Assembly (NCBI RefSeq): GCF_003231495.1
Contig: NZ_PQWO01000011.1
Span: forward strand, 150,001 to 182,000
From: Acaryochloris thomasi RCC1774
GTDB taxonomy: Bacteria; Cyanobacteriota; Cyanobacteriia; Thermosynechococcales; Thermosynechococcaceae
Direction of reading: 5' to 3'
DNA: 32,000 nt
A program made the position numbers and the translations under genes. The number at the start of each line of letters is the position of its first letter. Within the stretch, counting starts at the first letter, position 1. Below, piece after piece: positions 25,945-32,000 of this stretch. The notes beneath the pieces are model-generated. The model made no database searches. It was not told the DNA's origin and saw only the letters and a list, made by a program, of their open reading frames with translations.

Positions 25945-26475
25945 TCAGCAATTCTCAGTTGCGGCAATTGGGGGCAGGCTATCCAAAAACTTTTCTCCTA
26001 AATCCTGAGGCTTGATCTGTTCGTATAGCTCAAACGGTTGATGAATCCAGGGGTTGTCTGCCAAGTGCTCGACAAAGTAATGCGGCTCGATCACTGAGGC
26101 CGCTTTGCACCAGATCACTGCTGTGCGGACCTGATCAATGTCTGTATGCTGCTGTAGCCAGACGAGTGTTTGCTTCAGAGTCTGTCCAGAATCGACTAAA
26201 TCGTCCACCAATAGAACTTTCGTTCCTAGCTTTGGGGTCGCCATCGTCAAGGTAGAAGCGATATTCAATGCTCCCCGATGCTGGTCGTGATAGGAAGATG
26301 CGGCCAGAACTGCGAGCGGGCAATCATAGATTCGAGAAAGGATATCTCCAATCCGAAGACCGCCCCGAGCTAGACAAATAATTTGGTCAAACTGCCAGCC
26401 TGACTGGTATACAGTGGCTGCCAACTGTTCAATTTTGTGGTGATACTCAGACCAAGACACATGCAAATCTGTCAT
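25945..26475 (-). CDS. Phosphoribosyltransferase (purine salvage type, Gpt/Hpt-like)
   Basis: PRPP-binding motif VLLVDDLVDSGQTL and N-terminal CLARGGLRIGD. It is 176 aa. Confidence 0.8.
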   Translation of the reverse strand: MTDLHVSWSEYHHKIEQLAATVYQSGWQFDQIICLARGGLRIGDILSRIYDCPLAVLAASSYHDQHRGALNIASTLTMATPKLGTKVLLVDDLVDSGQTLKQTLVWLQQHTDIDQVRTAVIWCKAASVIEPHYFVEHLADNPWIHQPFELYEQIKPQDLGEKFLDSLPPIAATENC

Positions 26476-26726
26476 TCTGATAACTCTTCAAGAAGAGACC
26501 CGTCGCTTTTCCCCTCCCTCGCCGCTCAAGTCGGGATGCAAATTCTTTGAACATCCACGACCGCTCCAGGAAGCATGAGCAAACTAAAAAGCAGCTTTGC
26601 CACTTTATCGCTGCTGGATAACAAGACACAATTGTTTTCTAGCTGGCTGATGCCATTGCGTCTAAATCATCTGTCAGGATTAGACAACAGGTACAATTAA
26701 ACACCTGTGCCGTTGGTGATTTGTGC

Positions 26727-29075
26727 ATGTCTACTGCTGCCCACTGTTCCCCAGATGAAATTGCTTCCGAGGGTCTGAAGCCGGGAGAATATGACGAGAT
26801 TGTTCAGCGACTTGGTCGCCACCCCAATCGAGCTGAGTTGGGGATGTTTGGGGTCATGTGGTCTGAACATTGCTGCTACAAAAACTCCAGACCCCTGCTG
26901 TCCCAGTTTCCCACCGCAGGAGAGCGTATCCTCGTGGGACCGGGGGAAAATGCCGGGGTTGTCGATCTCGGCGATGGGCTGCAGCTTGCTTTCAAGATTG
27001 AGTCTCACAATCACCCCTCGGCTGTGGAACCCTTTCAGGGAGCGGCCACTGGTGTTGGGGGGATCCTTCGTGATATTTTTACGATGGGGGCCAGACCGAT
27101 TGCGGTCCTCAATTCTCTGCGATTTGGCAGCTTGGACGATGCTCGAACGCGCCGCCTTTTCAATGGCGTTGTTTCTGGTATTGCCCACTACGGCAACTGC
27201 GTCGGGGTGCCGACGGTGGGCGGCGAAGTCTATTTTGATCCGGCCTACAGCGGCAATCCGCTGGTGAATGCGATGGCTCTGGGCCTGATGGAGATCCCAG
27301 AGATTATGAAGTCTGGGGCGGCTGGCGTGGGCAATCCGGTGCTCTATGTGGGTTCCACGACCGGACGAGACGGTATGGGAGGCGCTAGCTTCGCCAGTGC
27401 TGAACTCAATGCCGAGTCTGAAGTCGAAGATCGCCCTGCAGTGCAGGTGGGTGACCCGTTTTTAGAAAAGTCACTGATTGAAGCTTGTTTGGAAGCGTTC
27501 AAGACTGGCGCTGTAGTAGCCGCTCAAGACATGGGTGCGGCGGGGCTGACCTGCTCTACGGCTGAGATGGCGGCCAAGGGCGGATTGGGAATTGACCTAG
27601 ATCTAGACCTGATTCCCAATCGGGAAACGGGAATGGTGCCCTACGAGTATCTGCTTTCTGAATCTCAGGAGCGAATGCTGTTTGTGGCTGAGAAAGGCCG
27701 CGAACAGGAGCTCATTGATATTTTCCATCGCTGGGGTCTGCAGGCCGTGGTGGCGGGTTCTGTGATTCCTGAGTCCTTGGTCAAGATTCGCTTTCAAGGC
27801 GAGGTGGCGGCGGAGATTCCGGCCACGGCGCTGTCGGATAACACGCCCATTTATCATCGAGAGCTACCGCCCGAGCCGCCTGAGTACGCGCAGAAGGCTT
27901 GGGAATGGAGTTGCGATCGCATCCCTCCCTGCACAATCCAAGGCATCGAAATCCAAGGCAAGGCCAAAAACTGGACCCAAATTCTTTTAGACCTCCTGGC
28001 TACCCCCACCATCGCCTCCAAGCGCTGGGTTTACCGCCAGTACGATCACCAAGTCCAGAACAACACCGTCACCCTTCCTGGAGACGCCGACGCTGCCGTG
28101 ATCCGTCTTCGCCCCCTTGAAGGAGTCGCGCCTAGGGGCAACTCAGCGGTCGCAGCCACCGTTGACTGTAACGCCCGCTACGTCTACCTCGATCCCTATG
28201 AAGGGGCCAAGGCAACCGTGGCTGAAGCCGCCCGTAATCTAAGCTGCGTCGGTGCTGAACCGATCGCCGTCACCGACAATCTCAACTTTGGCAGTCCTGA
28301 AAAGCCGATTGGCTACTGGCAACTGGCTGAAGCCTGTCGCGGTCTCTCAGAGGGCTGCACAGCCTTTAGCACCCCCGTGACCGGCGGCAATGTCTCGCTC
28401 TATAACGAAACCCTCAATGCTGCGGGAGAACCCCAGCCCATTTATCCCACCCCGGTTGTGGGAATGGTGGGGCTGATCTCAAATCTTGAGCAGACCTGTG
28501 GGCAGGGCTGGCAAGACGAAGGCGATCTGATTTACTTGTTAGGCGCTCTGCTCACGCCGCAGCCTGTCGAGCAAGGAGCGGTGACTTTAGGTGGTTCTGA
28601 GTATTTGGCTGCCATTCATCAGCAGGTAGCAGGCCGTCCGCCCAGGGTTGATTTTGAACTGGAGCGTCAGGTGCAGGTAGCCTGCCGCCACGGTATCCAG
28701 AAAGGCTGGATTCAATCAGCTCATGATTCTGCTGAAGGCGGGGTGGTTGTTGCCTTGGCCGAGTCCTGCATTAGCGGCCAGCGAGGTGCAGAGCTTGAGC
28801 TGGCCTCCTCCAAGGGTGAGCTGCGGTGGGATGAGCTGTTGTTTGGAGAAGGGGGCGCTAGAATTTTAGTGTCGTTGCGATCGCAACATCAACAAGCTTG
28901 GGAATCCTACTTACAAACGCAGGCGCTACCCTGGGAATACCTCGGTCACGTTAGCGGTCAAAATAGCCTCGATCTCCGTGCAAATGGGCATATGATTCTT
29001 TCTGCCTCTCTCGCGAATATGACTGACCGTTGGAGTCATGCCATTGAAAATAAGCTCAATCCAGAGGACAGCTAA
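26727..29075 (+). CDS. purL: Phosphoribosylformylglycinamidine synthase subunit PurL
   Basis: [34 protein letters not shown] and [10 protein letters not shown] are canonical PurL blocks. The ATG at 26727 lies two codons inside the track's TTG start. Confidence 0.93.
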   Translation: MSTAAHCSPDEIASEGLKPGEYDEIVQRLGRHPNRAELGMFGVMWSEHCCYKNSRPLLSQFPTAGERILVGPGENAGVVDLGDGLQLAFKIESHNHPSAVEPFQGAATGVGGILRDIFTMGARPIAVLNSLRFGSLDDARTRRLFNGVVSGIAHYGNCVGVPTVGGEVYFDPAYSGNPLVNAMALGLMEIPEIMKSGAAGVGNPVLYVGSTTGRDGMGGASFASAELNAESEVEDRPAVQVGDPFLEKSLIEACLEAFKTGAVVAAQDMGAAGLTCSTAEMAAKGGLGIDLDLDLIPNRETGMVPYEYLLSESQERMLFVAEKGREQELIDIFHRWGLQAVVAGSVIPESLVKIRFQGEVAAEIPATALSDNTPIYHRELPPEPPEYAQKAWEWSCDRIPPCTIQGIEIQGKAKNWTQILLDLLATPTIASKRWVYRQYDHQVQNNTVTLPGDADAAVIRLRPLEGVAPRGNSAVAATVDCNARYVYLDPYEGAKATVAEAARNLSCVGAEPIAVTDNLNFGSPEKPIGYWQLAEACRGLSEGCTAFSTPVTGGNVSLYNETLNAAGEPQPIYPTPVVGMVGLISNLEQTCGQGWQDEGDLIYLLGALLTPQPVEQGAVTLGGSEYLAAIHQQVAGRPPRVDFELERQVQVACRHGIQKGWIQSAHDSAEGGVVVALAESCISGQRGAELELASSKGELRWDELLFGEGGARILVSLRSQHQQAWESYLQTQALPWEYLGHVSGQNSLDLRANGHMILSASLANMTDRWSHAIENKLNPEDS

Positions 29076-29143
29076 TCCAAATTTGGATCGGCGATCCCCC
29101 TAGAAGTTTGTTATTGTCTTAAATATTCCTTAATATTTCCTCC

Positions 29144-30682
29144 ATGTATTCAGGTGACGCGGTGTCAATATCTAGCATGACTGCTCAAGAGCCCACTGGC
29201 CCAGTTCTCGACATTGACCGCCTTCCTCCCCCTGACCTGCTAGCGGAGGATAAGCCAGAAGAAGCCTGTGGGGTCTTTGGCGTTTATACCGTTAGGCATG
29301 AAGCCGCCAAGCTCGCCTACTTTGGTCTATTTGCACTCCAGCATCGAGGGCAAGAGTCCGCCGGGATTGCCACGTTTCAGGGCGATAAGGTTCACGTTCA
29401 CAAAGATATGGGTTTGGTGACCCAGGTTTTTGATGAGCAAATTTTGGAGCAGCTTCCGGGCAGCATTGCGGTGGGCCACACGCGCTACTCAACAACGGGA
29501 TCAAGTCGGGTGGTCAATGCCCAGCCCGTCATCGTTGAGACCCGTTTGGGAACGCTAGCCCTGGCGCACAACGGCAATCTCGTCAATACTGCTATTTTGC
29601 GAGAGCAGGTCTTGGCGCACAACTGGTCCTTGGAGACCACCACTGACTCTGAGGTCATTGCCTACGCCATTGCTCAGGAAATCTCGACGGGTAAGGATTG
29701 GCTGGACAGTGCGATCGCAGCCTGTCAGACCTGTGAGGGAGCCTTTAGCCTCGTCATCGGTACCCCTGAAGGTGTTATGGGCGTTCGTGATCCCCACGGT
29801 ATTCGACCGCTGGTGCTGGGAATTCTAACCTCTGCCGATAGCCCTGGGAATCCTCAGTACGTCTTGGCCTCTGAAACCTGTGGCCTCGACATCATTGGGG
29901 CCGAATATCTACGGGATGTCGAACCCGGTGAACTGGTGTGGATTACAAAAGAGGGACTCGCCTCTTTTCACTGGAGCCAGCGCCCTGAGCCAAAGCTCTG
30001 CGTCTTCGAAATGATTTACTTCGCTCGACCTGACAGCCAGATGCATGGTGAAAGCCTCTATAGCTACCGCTTACGCCTCGGCGAATATTTAGCAAAAGAA
30101 TCTCCTGTTGAGGCCGACATTGTTATTGCGGTTCCAGACTCTGGAATTCCTGCCGCCATCGGTTTTTCACAGCTCAGCGGCATTCCCTACGCCGAAGGTC
30201 TGATCAAGAATCGATACGTTGGTCGTACCTTTATTCAACCGACCCAGGCCATGCGAGAGCTGGGCATCAAAATGAAGCTCAACCCGCTTCGAGATGTGTT
30301 AGAGGGTAAGCGGGTCGTGATTGTAGACGACTCCATTGTCCGAGGCACCACCAGTCACAAGATTGTCAAAGCACTGCGAGATGCGGGGGCGGCTGAAGTG
30401 CATATGCGCGTCTCCTCTCCCCCTGTGACCCATCCCTGTTTTTACGGCATTGACACCGACAACCAAGACCAGCTGATTGCGGCCACCAAGTCGGTGCAGG
30501 AAATTGCGGACAAAATTGGCGTTGATTCACTTGCCTTCCTGCGGCATGACAGCATGCTAGAGGCTGCTCAGGATAGCGACAGTCATTTTTGCTCGGCCTG
30601 CTTTTCTGGCAACTATCCGATTACGATCCCCGAATCTCTCAGAGCCTCGAAGCTGATGCTAGAAGAAGCGGTTTCGTCCTAA
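29144..30682 (+). CDS. purF: Amidophosphoribosyltransferase PurF
   Basis: The propeptide is followed by the catalytic Cys in EEACGVFGVY. GHTRYSTTG, the PRPP loop VVIVDDSIVRGTT and the C-terminal Cys ligands CFYGID are all present. Confidence 0.93.
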   Translation: MYSGDAVSISSMTAQEPTGPVLDIDRLPPPDLLAEDKPEEACGVFGVYTVRHEAAKLAYFGLFALQHRGQESAGIATFQGDKVHVHKDMGLVTQVFDEQILEQLPGSIAVGHTRYSTTGSSRVVNAQPVIVETRLGTLALAHNGNLVNTAILREQVLAHNWSLETTTDSEVIAYAIAQEISTGKDWLDSAIAACQTCEGAFSLVIGTPEGVMGVRDPHGIRPLVLGILTSADSPGNPQYVLASETCGLDIIGAEYLRDVEPGELVWITKEGLASFHWSQRPEPKLCVFEMIYFARPDSQMHGESLYSYRLRLGEYLAKESPVEADIVIAVPDSGIPAAIGFSQLSGIPYAEGLIKNRYVGRTFIQPTQAMRELGIKMKLNPLRDVLEGKRVVIVDDSIVRGTTSHKIVKALRDAGAAEVHMRVSSPPVTHPCFYGIDTDNQDQLIAATKSVQEIADKIGVDSLAFLRHDSMLEAAQDSDSHFCSACFSGNYPITIPESLRASKLMLEEAVSS

Positions 30683-30698
30683 ACATTCTCAAGCACCC

Positions 30699-31685
30699 AT
30701 GGATATCCAGCGATGGTTAGCGCGGCAAGAACCTCAGTGGCAGCGGCTGGAGTCTCTGCTGCGGCAGGCTGAGTCTAAAAGCCTAAAGCGAATGTCAGCT
30801 TCTGAGGTGCAGGAGCTGAGCGGTCTCTATCGCCTAGTGGCGTCTGATCTGGCACGGGCAAAGGCGCGTCAGGTGGGTCCGGCCATCACGGAAAAGCTCC
30901 AGGGGCTGACGATGCGGGGCTATGCTCAGATTTATCAGGGGGGACGGCGGCAGGAGTGGCAGCAGGTTGTTGACTTTTTTCTGTGGGGCTTCCCGAGGGC
31001 GGTGCAGGATACATGGAAGCAGATCGCCGCTGCGACGCTTATCTTCATCGTTGGCGGCTTGATCGGTTGGTGGTACGCTTGGCGCGATCCAGCCTTTATC
31101 TCCACGATGGTTTCTCAGGACATGATTGATCTAGTGCAGGATGAAGGTGAGCTATGGACGGGATCTATGGTGGGAGCAGAGCCGATCGCCTCTAGCTTTC
31201 TAATGCGGAATAATATTGGCGTCACTTTCAAAGCCTTTGCTGGTGGTATGTTGGCGGGGTTTGGGACGAGCTACATTATGTGGGTCAACGGGTTGCTGAT
31301 TGGTGTCGTTGCAACTTTGGTGGGTCAGAATGATCTTGCTTACCCCTTTTGGGCCTTCGTCTTGCCCCACGGCTCACTAGAGCTACCGGCTATTTTTTTG
31401 GCGGGGGGCGCAGGTTTATGTCTTGCACAGGGCCTGATTTTCCCGGGACAGTATAAGCGCCTTGATGCCCTGAGAATAGGGGGCGGAAAGGCCATTCAAC
31501 TTATGTTTGGTGTTGTTCCTATGCTGGTGATTGCGGGCATCATTGAGGGCTTTTTCTCTCCCGCGCCAGGGGTTCCTGATGCCGCGAAGTATCTAGTGGG
31601 TCTATCGCTATTCTGGGCACTGATCCTCTATTTACGTCGTCGGCCAAGGGACGTGATCCCAGCATCTATTATTCCTCAAGAATAG
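30699..31685 (+). CDS. Stage II sporulation protein M family (DUF95) integral membrane protein
   Basis: An N-terminal cytoplasmic helix (W..LE.LL...LS..E...L..LYR....DLA.A) is followed by a C-terminal multi-TM block with PHGSLELPAIFLAGGAG, the SpoIIM/DUF95 signature. It starts 16 nt after purF. Confidence 0.8.
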   Translation: MDIQRWLARQEPQWQRLESLLRQAESKSLKRMSASEVQELSGLYRLVASDLARAKARQVGPAITEKLQGLTMRGYAQIYQGGRRQEWQQVVDFFLWGFPRAVQDTWKQIAAATLIFIVGGLIGWWYAWRDPAFISTMVSQDMIDLVQDEGELWTGSMVGAEPIASSFLMRNNIGVTFKAFAGGMLAGFGTSYIMWVNGLLIGVVATLVGQNDLAYPFWAFVLPHGSLELPAIFLAGGAGLCLAQGLIFPGQYKRLDALRIGGGKAIQLMFGVVPMLVIAGIIEGFFSPAPGVPDAAKYLVGLSLFWALILYLRRRPRDVIPASIIPQE

Positions 31686-31721
31686 GTCCGGATGCAGGCA
31701 AAGCCTGTGCTAGTTTCTGGC

Positions 31722-31752
31722 TTGACATCAATTGCTGGATGATGGCTATACT
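31722..31752 (+). promoter_or_regulatory. Candidate sigma70-type promoter (TTGACA, 19-nt spacer, TATACT) for the downstream RHH gene
   Basis: TTGACA at 31722-31727 and TATACT at 31747-31752. The hexamers are near-consensus but the 19-nt spacer is long. Confidence 0.3.
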
Positions 31753-31900
31753 ACAATCGTAGTATGGAGCAGTAGCCGTATTGATCAGAGCTTCAAGGCG
31801 GCTGAACGTGACGCGACTCTGAACGCGGTGCGACTAAGGAAAGGCTGTTCTTATCCATGCGAGCACCGCTGGTGCTCCTGTTCCTTTAGGAGGTATTGTT

Positions 31901-32000
31901 TTGCCCACGAGTCACCACACTTCTACAACGGATATGCAGGTTACGAGCATCCGTCTGGAGCGAGAGCTAAAGGAGCGTCTCAAAACACTGGCGGGCAATC
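31901..32000 (+). CDS. Ribbon-helix-helix (CopG/Arc-type) DNA-binding protein, 5' part only (runs off the right window edge)
   Basis: Not in the ORF track. AGGAGG at 31888-31893 lies 7 nt before TTG at 31901, and an in-frame ATG is at 31934. The translation is ...MQVTSIRLERELKERLKTLAGN. The TSIRLxxELxxxL pattern is typical of the RHH beta-strand and first helix. Confidence 0.5.
   Translation, partial: MPTSHHTSTTDMQVTSIRLERELKERLKTLAGN

Noticed and set aside
26476-26726. ZTP (pfl) or purine riboswitch upstream of purL
   Set aside because: There is no CCGCCUGGGC-like 3' element or guanine-riboswitch junction sequence. Only generic hairpins are present.
26697-27188. 163-aa ORF antisense to the purL 5' region
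   Set aside because: It lies entirely within strongly conserved purL coding sequence and has no recognisable motifs. It is a typical antisense shadow ORF in GC-rich coding DNA.
1-32000. Search for tRNA, rRNA, tmRNA, SRP RNA, CRISPR arrays, IS elements with terminal inverted repeats, and small photosystem/cytochrome b6f/ribosomal protein genes hidden below the 60-aa track cutoff
   Set aside because: I saw no T-loop (GGTTCGAATCC-like) or SRP (GGAAGCAGCC-like) cores and no regularly spaced direct repeats. None of the short ORFs I translated in the intergenic gaps resembled known small cyanobacterial proteins. This is a by-eye search and could miss diverged elements.

Overview
This is a cyanobacterial chromosomal window. 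The evidence is 19 perfect copies of the HIP1 palindrome GCGATCGC by my own scan, plus ycf3, plant-type petF ferredoxins and a CSP41-like gene. It holds about 30 protein-coding genes, most of them core housekeeping. They include metH (partial at the left edge and missing from the ORF track), a LysM-M23 peptidase, a SpoIID/LytB-domain protein, pfkA, recF, two tandem petF-type ferredoxins and moaA. They also include a GT39/ArnT-like glycosyltransferase, a MOSC protein, a family-5 ABC substrate-binding lipoprotein, gatC, ycf3, a CPBP protease, a phosphoribosyltransferase, purL, purF and a SpoIIM-family membrane protein. I found no rRNA, tRNA or CRISPR array, and no convincing multi-gene defence or mobile system. 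The non-routine observations are listed here. (1) A low-GC, HIP1-free island encodes a protein with 16 LRR repeats. (2) An Rpn/DUF4351 PD-(D/E)XK nuclease-like gene has an internal SD+ATG that could express its C-terminal domain separately. (3) A decayed Cu/Zn superoxide dismutase relic lies in an apparently empty gap. (4) A secreted TPR protein gene is broken inside a repeat unit. (5) Tandem ferredoxin paralogues sit directly upstream of radical-SAM moaA. (6) A 684-bp structured divergent intergenic region lies between metH and the peptidase gene. (7) A partial ribbon-helix-helix gene with a long leader sits at the right edge. All family assignments rest on motif recognition by eye, and no searches were run.
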